A stretch of 64,000 bases of DNA from Eledone cirrhosa (lineage: Eukaryota). The notes beneath the pieces are model-generated. The model did no database searches. It was not told where the DNA came from and worked only from the letters and a program-made list of their open reading frames with translations. The stretch spans positions 368,280,001 through 368,344,000 of the forward strand of contig OZ024742.1 in the NCBI GenBank assembly GCA_964016885.1. Direction: 5' to 3'. Shown here piece by piece: positions 24,701-37,570 of the stretch; within the stretch, counting starts at the first letter, position 1; every line of letters begins with the position of its first letter. Made by a program: the position numbers and the translations under genes.

Positions 24701-27700
24701 ATCCACTGATCAGCCAGATTTACATATCAGCAGATCCACTGATCAATCAGATCTGCATATTAGCAGATCCACTGATCAGTCAGATCAGCATATTAGCAGA
24801 TCCACTGATCAGTCAGATCAGCATATTAGCAGATCCACTGATCAGCCAGATCAGCATATTAGCAGATCCACTGATCAGTCAGATCAGCATATTAGCAGAT
24901 CCACTGATCAGCTAGATCAGCATATTAGCAGATCCACTGATCAGCCAGATCAGCATATTAGCAGATGCACTGATCAGCCAGATCAGCATATTAGCAGATC
25001 CACTGATCAGCCAGATCAGCATATTAGCAGATCCACTGATCAGTCAGATCAGCATATTAGCAGATCCACTGATCAACCAGATCAGCATATTAGCAGATCC
25101 ACTGATCAGTCAGATCAGCATATTAGCAGATCCACTGATCTGTCAGATCAGCATATTAGCAGATCCACTGATCAGTCAGATCAGCATATTAGCAGATCCA
25201 CTGATCAGCCAGATTTACATATTAGCAAATCCACTGATCAGTCGGATCAGCATATTAGCAGATCCACTGATCAGTCAGATCAGCATATTAGCAGATCCAC
25301 CGATCAGTCAGATCAGCATATTAGCAGATCCACTGATCAGTCAGATCAGCATATTAGCTGATCCTCTGATCAGTCAGATTTGCATATTAGCAGATCCACT
25401 GATCAGCCAGATCAGCATATTAGCAGATCCACTGATCAGTCAGATCAGCATATTAGCAGATCCACTGATCAGTCAGATCAGCATATTAGCAGATCCACTG
25501 ATCAGTCAGATTTACATATTAGCAGATCTACTGATCAGTCAGATCAGCATATTAGCAGATCCACTGATCAGTCAGATCAGCATATTAGCAGATCCACTGA
25601 TCAGTAAGATCAGCATATTAGCAGATCCACTGATCAGCCAGATGTACATATCAGCAGATCCACTGATCAGTCAGATCTGCATATTAGCAGATCCACTGAT
25701 CAGTCTGATCAGCATATTAGCAGATCCACTGATCAGTCAGATCAGCATATTAGCAGATCCACTGATCAGCCAGATGTACATATCAGCAGATCCACTGATC
25801 AGTCAGATCTGCATATTAGCAGATCCACTGATCAGTCACATCAGCATATTAGCAGATCCACTGATCAGCCAGATGTACATATCAGCAGATCCACTGATCA
25901 GTGAGATCTGCATATTAGCAGATCCACTGATCAGTCAGATCAGCATATTAGCAGATCCACTGATCAGTCAGATTTACATATCAGCAGATCCACTGATCAG
26001 CCAGATAAGCATATTAGCAGATCCACTGATCAGTCAGATCTGCATATTAGCAGATCCACTGATCAGTCAGATCAGCATATTAGCAGATCCACTGATCAGC
26101 CAGATTTACATATCAGCAGATCCACTGATCAGTCAGGTAAGCATATTAGCAGATCCACTGATCAGCCAGATCTGCATATTAGCAGATCCACTGATCAGCC
26201 AGATTTACATATCAGCAGATCCACTGATCAGCCAGATCAGCATATTAGCAGATCCACTGATCAGTCAGATCTACATATTAGCAGATCCACTGATCAGCCA
26301 GATCTGCATATTAGCAGATCCACTAATCAGTCAGATCTGCATATTAGCAGATGCACTGATCAGCCAGATCAGCATATTAGCAGATCCACTGATCAGTCAG
26401 ATCTGCATATTAGCAGATCCACTGATCAGCCAGATTTACATATCAGCAGATCCACTGATCAGTCAGATCAGCATATTAGCAGATCCACTGATCAGTCAAA
26501 TCTGCATATCAGCATATCCACTGATCAGCCAGATTTACATATCAGCAGATCCACTGATCAGCCAGATCAGCATATTAGCAGATCCACTGATCAGTCAGAT
26601 TTACATATCAGCAGATCCACTGATCAGCCAGATCAGCATATTAGCAGATCCACTGATCAGTCAGATCTGCATATTAGCAGATCCACTGATCAGTCAGATC
26701 TGCATATTAGAAGATCCACTGATCAGCCAGATTTACATATCAGCAGATCCACTGATCAGTCAGATCAGCATATTAGCAGATCCACTGATCAGTCAGATCT
26801 GCATATCAGCAGATCCAGAGATCAGCCAGATTTACATATCAGCAGATCCACTGATCACTCAGATCAGCATATTAGCAGATCCACTGATCAGCCAGATTTA
26901 CATATCAGCAGATCCACTGATCAGTCAGATCTGCATATCAGCAGATCCACTAATCAGCCAGATGTACATATCAGCAGATCCACTGATCAGTCAGATCTGC
27001 ATATTAGCAGATCCACTGATCAGTCAGATCTGCATATTAGCAGATCCACTGATCAGTCAGATCTGCATATTAGCAGATCCACTGATCAGCCAGATTTACA
27101 TATCAGCAGATCCACTGATCAGTCAGATCTGCATATTAGCAGATCCACTGATCAGCCAGATTTACATATCAGCAGATCCACTGATCAGTCAGATCAGCAT
27201 ATTAGCAGATCCACTGATCAGTCAGATCTGCATATCAGCATATCCACTGATCAGCCAGATTTACATATCAGCAGATCCAATGATCAGCCAGATTTACATA
27301 TCAGCAGATCCACTGATCAGCCAGATTTACATATCAGCAGATCCACTGATCAGCCAGATTTACATATCAGCAGATCCACTGATCAGTCAGATCTGCATAT
27401 TAGCAGATCCACTGATCAGCCAGATTTACATATCAGCAGATCCACTGATCAGTCAGATCTGCATATCAGCAGATCCACTGATCAGCCAGATTTACATATC
27501 AGCAGATCCTCTGATCAGTCAGATCTGCATATTAGCAGATCCACTGATCAGTCAGATCTGCATATTAGCAGATCCACTGATCAGTCAGATCTGCATATTA
27601 GCAGATCCACTGATCAGCCAGATTTACATATCAGCAGATCCACTGATCAGTCAGATCTGCATATTAGCAGATCCACTGATCAGCCAGACTTACATATCAG

Positions 27701-27915
27701 CAGATCCACTGATCAGCCAGATTTACATATCAGCAGATCCACTGATCAGCCAGATTTACATATCAGCAGATCCACTGATCAGCCAGATTTACATATCAGC
27801 AGATCCACTGATCAGCCAGATTTACATATCAGCAGATCCACTGATCAGCCAGATTTACATATCAGCAGATCCACTGATCAGCCAGATTTACATATCAGCA
27901 GACTGGTCAGTCAGC
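15790..27915. repeat. 33-bp satellite, about 12.1 kb (about 365 units)
   Basis: Consensus TCAGATCAGCATATTAGCAGATCCACTGATCAG. The long ORFs are only translations of the repeat. Confidence 0.98.
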
Positions 27916-27988
27916 TTCCTGTATAAGAAATTTCGCTCTACATGGCTGAATACAATAAATGTAATCTTAGTTTTCGAATATTAATAAT

Positions 27989-28148
27989 TGTTTCTACTTT
28001 TGGCACGATTACTGGTACTTTATTTTATCGACCTCGTAAGGATGAAAGGCAAAGTTAACATCGGCGGGATTTGAACTCAGAATGGCAAGGCCCGTACCTC
28101 TACGCGTCAAAGCCTGGCGTCCGACCCTCTACCGATACTGCCAATCCA
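27989..28148 (-). mobile_element. tRNA-derived SINE, family B, with 16-bp TSD
   Basis: TSD TTCGAATATTAATAAT at 27973-27988 and 28149-28164. Homologous to 6926-7116. Confidence 0.9.
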
Positions 28149-28369
28149 TTCGAATATTAATAATAACATTCGATTCGTTTGCAATTATGCAAACAAGCCT
28201 CATATTTAAAGCCATGTCAGTAGAATGAACTCTTCATTCTTGCTCTTGTGTTGGCATGTAAACAGAACTGCAAAGACTAATGTTTCTGGTTATTACCCTT
28301 CATCAGTACAGCTCACTGTTCACCACTGTACATACATACATTGATACAACTGCATGTACACGTGAACCA

Positions 28370-28591
28370 TGTAATAACTGCATGTATACATGTACAGATA
28401 CAAAACACATGCACACATATAACTCAAACCACCACACCCACACATACAATAACATCCATACCTGCACATGAGTGCAGACATATCTACCTAGTCGATGTTA
28501 TGTAAATTCCAATGAGAGAGTCTTGTGTGTATGTTAGAAACCGACTCTCTCTCTATTGGTAAAACTTTGTGAAATTATAAGACCAGAAGAA
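28370..28591 (+). mobile_element. 3' UTR fragment of R4/Dong-like family 1
   Basis: Matches 36735-36893, ending GAAATTATAAGACCAGAAGAA then (CATA)n. Confidence 0.7.
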
Positions 28592-28698
28592 CATACATAC
28601 ATACATACATACATACATTCATTCATACATACATACGTACATACATACATACATACATACATACATACATACATACATACATACATACATACATACAT

Positions 28699-28745
<47 letters not shown>

Positions 28746-28816
28746 TACATACATACATACATACATACATACATACATACATACATACATACATACATAC
28801 ATACATACATACATAC

Positions 28817-29426
28817 ATGGTGGCTGCCAACTCGTTTTCGAGTACGGCCACTACTTTATATCCATGTAGGAGGACCCATACCGATGCGCTGAACGAGTGT
28901 GACTTTTCAGTCCGGCCAGCGACTTGAAAACTTTGGTACAAACACTACACATGTGACAATTATTGACACATAGTGCTGGGCCCATGGTACCATGTGACGA
29001 CGAGTGCAGAGAGATCTCCAGATATAAAGCAATGCCTGTGCCGTGAAGTTTTTATAGTGAGCAAAGGCACTGCACAAAGCCAGTCCCACTCTCTTAACCA
29101 AGATGATATTTACCAAAAAGAAGAACAAGTCAACATCATTGGATATCATCAGGGTTGCAGGTGTGATATCAGAGTTTTCCTTCTCCTAGAATTCTGCCTT
29201 GACAAATGCTAAGGGGTCATCTCTCCCGGTGATTTTGGATGGCCATTGACTCTTAAGAGCCCCTTTGCCCTTTGACAGGTTTTGTTTTTAGTCCTGCAGG
29301 ATGTCCAAAGTCACCCTCCTCACCAAGAAACCTTGGTGGGGTTGCCAGTTTAGTCGCCAACGACCCGACCATGGGACAGGTTGTACTGGGATACATGTTA
29401 CCAGTAGCACCAACTGGTGACCTGAC
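28817..29426 (-). mobile_element. Non-autonomous RTE derivative (about 610 bp), full copy
   Basis: RTE-type 5' UTR motif CTAGGAGAAGGAAAACTCTGA. Its 3' end TGGCCGTACTCGAAAACGAGTTGGCAGCCA resembles the RTE 3' end at 31393-31430. (TACA)n flanks. Confidence 0.8.
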
Positions 29427-29526
29427 ATACATACATACATACATACATACATACATACATACATACATACATACATACATACATACATACATACATACAT
29501 GCATACATACATACATACATACATAT

Positions 29527-29850
29527 ATGGTGGCTGCCAACTCGTTTTCGAGTACGGCCACTACTTTATATCCATGTAGGAGAACCCCTACCGATGCGCT
29601 GAACGAGTGTGACTTTTTAGTCCAGCCAGCGACTTGAAAACTCTGGTACAAACACTACACCTGTGACAATTATTGACACATAGTGCTGAGCCCATGGTAC
29701 CATGTGACGACAAGTGCAGAGAGATCTCCAGATATAAAGCAATGCCTGTGCCGTGAAGCTTTTAGAGTGAGCAAAGGCACTGCACAAATCCAGTCCCACT
29801 CTCTTAACCAAGATGATATTTACCAAAAAGAAGAACAAGTCAACATCATA
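29527..29850 (-). mobile_element. Non-autonomous RTE derivative, 5'-truncated copy
   Basis: Homologous to 28817-29139. Confidence 0.85.
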
Positions 29851-29865
29851 GGGATACATACATAC

Positions 29866-30600
29866 AGATAGGCATGCAGGCAAAACACCTAGATGTGATA
29901 ACAAGTGCAGACTCTGCAGAACTAACATCGAGGATATCACCCATGTTATTAGCAGCTGTCCAAAGATGTCATCGCGGTACTATCTACCTATGAAGCATGA
30001 TATAGTGGCCAAACACTGTACAATGCAGTTCGTAAAAAAGATAGCCCCGATAATAAACACATTAAAAGCTACAACAATGTGGAAGACATCCATGTACATA
30101 ATATGAAAGAGTACTGGTGGAATGTTCCAGTAAAAACCCCAATAAAATAACAGACCAGATATTATGATATGGGACAGGGAGAAGAAAACATGCACAGTAG
30201 TGGAAATTAGCTGCCCAGCAGATGCCAATATAATATCAAAGATTAGTGAAAAGGAGAATATTTATGCAGAACTGATGAGAAATCTGCAGATACTCCACCC
30301 TGATTACACCTTCAGATTTATGCCTTTGATTATTGGGGCACTGGGGTATGTTAGTAACTGCCTCAATACAAATCTTGAGAAGCTAGGCTTCACAGGAACA
30401 GAAAGAACACAACTAGTTTGGAAATTACAAGTACAATCCATTAATGGAACAGTAAAAATATGTAAAACATTCCAGAAATTTTGCATCTAATAACTGCTTA
30501 TACACATGTACAGATACAAAGCATATACACATGCACACATACAACTCAAAACGTACACATCCACACATACAATAACATCCACATCTACACATGCATACAT
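29866..30600 (+). mobile_element. 3' fragment of R4/Dong-like family 1 (CCHC + restriction-like endonuclease)
   Basis: Near-identical to 36105-36840; RPDIMIWD..VVEISCP. Confidence 0.9.
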
Positions 30601-30774
30601 ACATACATACATATATATATACATACATACATACATGCATGCATACATATATACATACATATATACATACATACATTCATTCATACATACATATATACAT
30701 ACATACATGCATGCATACATATATACATACATATATACATACATACATAGATATATACATACATACATACATAC

Positions 30775-31380
30775 ATGGTGGCTGCCAACTCGTTTTCGAG
30801 TACGGCCACTACTTTATATCCATGTAGCAGAACCCTTACCGATGCGCTGAACGAGTGTGACTTTTTAGTCCAGCGACTTGAAAACTCTGGTACAAACACT
30901 ACACCTGTGACAATTATTGACACATAGTGCTGGGCCCATGGTACCATGTGACGACAAGTGCAGAGAGATCTCCAGATATAAAGCAATGCCTGTGCCGTGA
31001 AGCTTTTATAGTGAGCAAAGGCACAGCACAAAGCCAGTCCCACTTTCTTAACCAAGATGATATTTACCAAAAAGAAGAACAAGTCAACATCATTGGATAC
31101 CATCGGGGTTGCAGGTGTTATATCAGAGTTTTCCTTCTCCTAGAATTCTGCCTTGCAAAAGGCTTAGGGGTCATCTCTCCCGGTGATTTTGGATGGCCAT
31201 TGACTCATAAGAGCTCCTTTTCCCTTTGACAGGCTTTGTTTTTAGTCCTGCAGGATGTCCAAAGTCACCCTCCTCACCAAGAAACCTTAGTGGGGTTGCC
31301 AGTTTAGTCGCCAACGACCCGACCATAAGACAGGTTGTACTGGGATACATGTTACCAGTAGCACCAACTGGTGACCTGAC
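30775..31380 (-). mobile_element. Non-autonomous RTE derivative, full copy
   Basis: Homologous to 28817-29426 with the same termini. Confidence 0.85.
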
Positions 31381-31392
31381 ATACATACATAC

Positions 31393-34300
31393 ATAATGGC
31401 TGCCCCCTCGTTATCGAGTATGGCCATTGCACGAGAAGAAAAAAAAAAAAAAAAAATAATAATAATAATAATAAATAAATAAATAAAAAAAAGAAATATA
31501 TATATATATATATATATACATACATATATACATACATACACACATACATACACATACACACACACATATACACACACACACACATACATTAATAACAATA
31601 ATAATAATAATAATAATAATAATACCAATAATAATAATAACGACAACAACAATAATAATATACATATTCATATATATATACACACACACGCACATAAGCA
31701 TATCTACACACACACACACACACACACGATAACAACTAACAGTGCTGCGATCGAATTTGGCTTTTTAGCCCAGCCAATGATCTAAAATGTCTTGCACAGA
31801 GTCGGCAACCAAAACATTCGCTGGGAATAGTCGGCTGTGGTTGGAGTTCGTGTACTTTTGCATGTCGCTTGAGCCCTCCTGCTGACTTACATTCTCTACC
31901 ACATGTTTGGCAAGCATGATGAGTAGCATCTCCAACAGCAGCCTGGTAGTCAACCACTCGTCTTACTTTATGACTGCGAAGATGACTTTCGAGTCCAGCT
32001 TTGTTTAGGCAGTCTCGCACAGACGCTGCATGTCAGCTCCATAGGAGGACCCTCGCCGTCTGGAAGTGCAACAGCAATGCCCTTCCTCACATCCCGCTTT
32101 ACTTTCTCGTGTGCGATTCGAGATGCCTCAAAGGCAAATTTTCCCTCATATACAGTCTTTCTCCATTTATTACGATCAGCAGCAATATTTTCCCATGTAT
32201 CAGCAGAGATGTTAGCGTCTTTCAGAGAGGCTTTCAAGGAATCCTTATACCTCTTTTTTGGTTTATGTGGCGGTCGTTTTCCTTTAACCAACTCTCCATA
32301 GAAGAGTTGTTTTGGTATTCTAGAATCCTTCATCCTGGCAAGGTGACCACTCCAATGGAGTCGTTGCTTAAGCACAAGAGCTTCTATACTGTCACACATA
32401 GAGCTTTCCAAAATCTCGACATCACTGATGTGGTCCCTCCAGTGAACGCCATGGATCCGTCTGAGACACATCTGATGGAAACGCTCCAATTGCTTAAGGT
32501 GGTGTCGATATGTGACCCAGGTCTCGCAGGCATAAAGAAGACAAGAGAGTACACATGCCCTGTACACCTTTACCTTTGTCCTCCTGCATATGTCTCGCCG
32601 ACCCCAGAGTCGCCTTTCTAGCTTTCCGAAAGCATCACTTGCTTTCATAATCCTAAGTGAGATTTCACTGTCAAGGTTGCCGTATCGATTGACAGTGCTT
32701 CCCAGGTAGACAAACTGATCAACCACTCCAAGTCGTTTGCCATACACATAGATGTTTGGTTCAGTGTACTGCTTACTAGGGGCAGGTTGGTACATGACGA
32801 CGGTTTTCTTGAGACTGACAGTCAAACCCAGGGCAGTGCAAGCGTCAGAAAATGCATTCAAAATGTGCTGCATATCACTCTCTGAGTGCGCTACAAGATC
32901 GCAATCATCTGCATACAAGAGGTCTCTTATGATTGATGTAAATACTTTTTGTCTTCGCAGCAAAGCGCCTGATGTTAAATATGCTGCCTGAGGTTCGACA
33001 TCGGATGTAAACACCATGCTCGCAATTCCTGAATGCAATACAGAAAACCATTGCAAAGTATATGGCAAACAGGGTCGATGCTGGAATATCCCCCTGTTTC
33101 ACTCCATTTTTTACTGAGATAGGCTCCGACATGTTACCTCCGACATTAACCCAAGCCTTCATGTCGTCATGGAAAGACCTAACTAAAGCAAGGAACTTAT
33201 CAGGGCAACCAAGTTTCTGGAAAACCTTCCATAATGCCTCTCTGTTGACAGTATCGAAAGCCTTTGTCAGATCGACAAAAACCTGATACAGATCCAAGCC
33301 TTGTTCAATGCACTTCTCCTGGAGCTGTCTAGCTGAGAAGATCATATCAGTAGTGCCGCGTCCAGCACGAAAACCAGATTGACTTTCAGGAAGAACACAA
33401 TCTGCAATGTGTGTCAGCAGACGGTCCAGAAGCACCCTACATAAAACTTTCCCTACGACAGAAAGCAATGATATACCTCTGTAGTTCCCACAATCATTCC
33501 TGTTACCCTTTCCCTTGTACAAGACCAGCATTACTGCATCTCTCCAGTCCTCAGGTACGGATTCATTAGCCCATATACTTCCAAACAAAGAGTGCAGATG
33601 TTGCAGGAGTCTCTCACCACCATATTGTAGGAGCTCAGCATGTATGTCATCCATACCTGGAGATCTTCCACTGTTCAGCTTCGAAATAGCCACTGCAACC
33701 TCCACAAGCGTCGGAGGTTCTGCGAGAGCTACTTTCACAGGACTTTCTGGAATGAGATTGAGGAAATCTTCACTGACGACAGACGGCTGATTCAAAAGAT
33801 CATCAAAGTGCTCTCGCCACCTTCGTAGAATTCCCTGTGAGTCACGAAGAAGTTCTTTGCCATCCTTGCTGAGAAGCGGTGTCACCAGAGAAGAAGACGG
33901 TCCATAAACCTCACGCAAGAGACTGTTATTGGAATCAGACGCAGTTTGTATCTCACCAGCCTTCTCACTCCACCACTGATCCTTCATCTGAGAAAGACTC
34001 CGCCTAACACGTGATTTCACATCCTTGAGTTCCTTATGCAACATATTCTTCTCCTGTGCGTTTGCCGTCAAGTAGCGTGACAGAGCACGCCTCTTATCAG
34101 CCAACAAGTCTTCTATATGTACATCATTCTCATTAAACCAGTCCTGATGTTTTCTCTGCACCAATCCCAGAACACGCTTGCCTACATCATAAACCGACAT
34201 TTTAAGGGTCGGCCAATCCTCACCAAGATCTGCAGCCTGCATCTCTTCTTCCAATGTCCTCTTCACATTTTTATCCTTAAGACGAGCAGCATTCAATCTT

Positions 34301-34535
34301 TTGGGCAGGGTAACACCAGGAGCCCGGATTTTACGTTTGGTGATTAGTTTCACTTTTGCGCGTACCAGGCGGTGGTCCGTCCAGCACTCAGCTCCACGAA
34401 GAACACGAACACACTGCACATCCTGTCTGTCACGCATCCTGACTAGGATGTAGTCCAAAAGATGCCATTCCTTAGATGCAGGATGCATCCATGTGGTCTT
34501 GAATTTGTTCTTTTGTTGGAACATGGTATTGGTAA
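31393..34535 (-). mobile_element. RTE-clade LINE, 5'-truncated
   Basis: APE C-terminus (TWMHP..WHLLDY, TDH), RT motifs, C2H2 fingers, microsatellite-rich 3' UTR, (TGTA)n tail. Confidence 0.93.
31736..34535 (-). pseudogene. RTE ORF2 (APE-RT-3xC2H2) with frameshifts
   Basis: YRGISLL, QSGFR, FVDLTKAFD, GVKQGD, LLYADD, FVYLGS, split across ORFs 32905-34590, 31968-33068 and 31736-32020. Confidence 0.9.
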
Positions 34536-34599
34536 CATACATACATACATACATACATACATACATACATACATACATACATACATACATACATACATA

Positions 34600-36893
34600 C
34601 CAGAATCGTTGACATTAGCACAAGCGTTACTGGTCCCCAAGAACAAAGACACCCACTTGGCAAAAAAATTACCGACCCATTGCATGCCAGAACCTGATGT
34701 ATAAGATGTATACAGCCTGCCTGAACCTATTCCTCCAAGATCACTGTGGAAATAATAACATCATCACAGATGAACAAGCAGCTGGAAAGAAAGAGGTTTG
34801 GGGATGTGCTGAACAACTCCTAATCAACAAAACTGCGATGTCGGAGGTGAGACAACTTAGGAGGAATATGACTACAGTCTGGCTGGACTACAGGAAAGCT
34901 TTCGATTCTGTTCCCCACTCTTGGATGATAGAGGCCCCCCAACTTGCTAAAGTCCCAGACATTATTGTCAGGGCCATAGAGAGGCTATCTTCTTCTTGGG
35001 CTACTACCCTAAGGTTAAAGACAGAGAAGGAGGGCTCTATTTTCACTGATAAAATAAAATATTGCAGGGGTATATTTCAGGGGGACAGTCTCTCTGTGAT
35101 ATTGTTCATCTTGTCATTAAACCCCTTGTCCTTTCTGCTCAAGAAATGTGAGGGATACATCATTGGCTCACAGGAGGACAGAAATACGAACCTAAACGAT
35201 AATTTCTTTGTGGACGATCTGAAACTCTATGACAAGAACATGGATGGGATGAAGAAAAATCTTGACGTGGTTAGAACGTTCTCAAAGGATATAGGAATGG
35301 AGTTTGGCCAAGATAAATACTCATACATGACTGTAAAGCGGGGGAAAACAACAACCCAATCTAGCAACATTGTCATCAATGGCCTAACTGTTTCACCGAT
35401 ATCTGATGAGGACTGCTACAGATACCTGGGGATAGATGAGAACATATCCTATAATGGTATCTGTAATAAAGAACGCGTAACCAGGGAATACTACACCCGA
35501 TTAAGAAAGATCTGGTCATCGGAATTCTCTGCGCAAAACAAAACAGTGGCTCACAATGTGTTTGCTGTGCCTGTCCTAACACCAACGTTTGGAATACTCA
35601 ATTGGGCGATAGACGAAATCCGAGCAGTTGATGTTGGAACTCGAGAAATACTGAACAACACCGGAAACTTCAACATCAACAGTGACATAGACCGCCTTTA
35701 CTTGAAACGTAAGCAGGGAGGCAGAAGCCTAACATCAGTCCAGACAACATTTTAATGTCGCATCATATCTCTCCGACAACATCTACGAACCTCGAAGCGT
35801 AGGAGCCCGTTTCTTGAGCAAGTCTATCTGCATGAAACAGATATTCCCTGTGTGATAATCAAAAATTCACACCCAGGGATGTCGCTCAGCAGTATCACAG
35901 TGAATCCATGGATGAAAAACTGCATGCCTATCAGCAAAAAATCATGCATGGATATGTTGCCGGGAAACTCCAGAGTGAGAGTAATATAGATAAGGAAAGT
36001 ATTCTATCTTGGACCAACAACCTCTATATTGGCTCCCACTTTGAAGGATACTCTTTTGCAATCCAAGGGCAGGAGATTAGCACGAAATACCTGATTCACA
36101 AAAGAGATAGGGATGCAGGCAAAACACCTAGATGTGATAACAAGTGCAGACTCTGCAGAACTAACATTGAGGGTATTACCCATGTTATTAGCAGCTGTCC
36201 AAAGATGTCGTCGCGGTACTATCCACCTATGAGGCATGATATAGTGGCCAAACACTGTACAATGCAGTTCGTAAAAAAGATAGCCCCGATAATAAACACA
36301 TTAAAAGCTACAACAATGTGGAAGACAACCATGTACATAATATGAAAGAGTACTGGTGGAATGTTCCAGTAAAAACCCCAATAAAATGCAGGCATAACAG
36401 ACCAGATATTATGATATGGGACAGGGAGAAGAAAACATGCACAGTAGTGGAAAATAGCTGCCCAGCAGATGCCAATATAATATCAAAGATTAGTGAAAAG
36501 GAGAATATTTATGCAGAACTGATGAGAAATCTGTAGATACTCCACCCTGATTACACCTTCAGATTTATGCCTGTGATTATTGGGGCACTGAGATATGTTA
36601 GTAACTGCCTCAATACAAATCTTGAGAAGCTAGGCTTCACAGGAACAGAAAGAACACAACTAGTTAGGAAATTACAAGTACAATCCATTAATGGAACAGT
36701 AAAAATATGTAAAACATTCCAAAAATGTTGCATCTAATAACTGCATATACACATGTACAGATACAAATCATATACACATGCACACATACAACTCAAAACA
36801 TCCACATCCACACATACAATAACATCCATATCTACACATGCATGCATACATACATATCTACCTAGTTGATGTGAAATTATAAAACCAGAAGAA
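34600..36893 (+). mobile_element. R4/Dong-like LINE family 1 (RT + CCHC + RLE), 5'-truncated pseudogene
   Basis: WLDYRKAFDSVPH, GIFQGDSLS, FFVDDLKLY, YRYLG, CRLC..H...C, RHD, RPD..VEnSCP; stops and frameshifts; (TACA)n flanks. Confidence 0.9.
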
Positions 36894-36931
36894 CATACAT
36901 AAATGTTAGTAACTGCCTCAATACAAATCTT

Positions 36932-37281
36932 GAGATGTAAACGTTGTCAGAAAAATACAGGAGAAGGAGGACATCTACGGACCATTGATGGGGAGTTTAC
37001 AAATCCAGTATCCAAGATACACCTTTAGCTTCATACCCATCATTATTGGAGCTACGGGTTATATAACAACCCGCTTTGACCAAACTATAACTGAACTTGG
37101 ATTTGCGGACAAAGAGCGCAGCTCCCTAATCTATAGACTACAAATGACTGCGATAGCTGGCACCTTCAAAACTTGCAAAATATTCTTGCGATTCAAGAGA
37201 TGACAATTCTTTTCTGTTACACCTTACCACCAGGAAGGTGGCCGATCAAAAAAATATACTCGAAATTAAGCGAAAGAGATA
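36932..37281 (+). mobile_element. 3' fragment of R4/Dong-like family 2
   Basis: Near-identical to 40092-40443, then (TACA)n. Confidence 0.88.
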
Positions 37282-37431
37282 ACATATATATACATACATG
37301 CATACATATATACATACATATATACATACATATATACATACATAGATACATACATACATGCATACATGCATACATACATACATACATACATACATACATA
37401 CATACATACATACATACATACATACATACAT

Positions 37432-37527
37432 GATGATGGCTGACCCTCGTTATCGAGTATGGCCATTGCACGAGGAGAAAAAAAATATATTAATAGATAA
37501 ATAAAAAATAAAATAAAATAAAAAAAG

Positions 37528-37570
<43 letters not shown>

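Noticed and set aside
15665-27984. Long ORFs (up to 780 aa) in the 33-bp array
   Set aside because: They are a by-product of a stop-free unit whose length is divisible by 3. Frames switch at propagated indels and there is no unique domain or splice evidence.
29290-29426. Twister or HDV ribozyme at the 5' end of the RTE derivative
   Set aside because: Only partial resemblance (GTCCCA, TAAA, GGAGGG). The conserved elements are not in the required order and the second copy reads GTCTTA.
28534-31725. YIYI / MYVC / HTYI ORFs here and elsewhere
   Set aside because: Translations of (TA)n and (TACA)n microsatellites.
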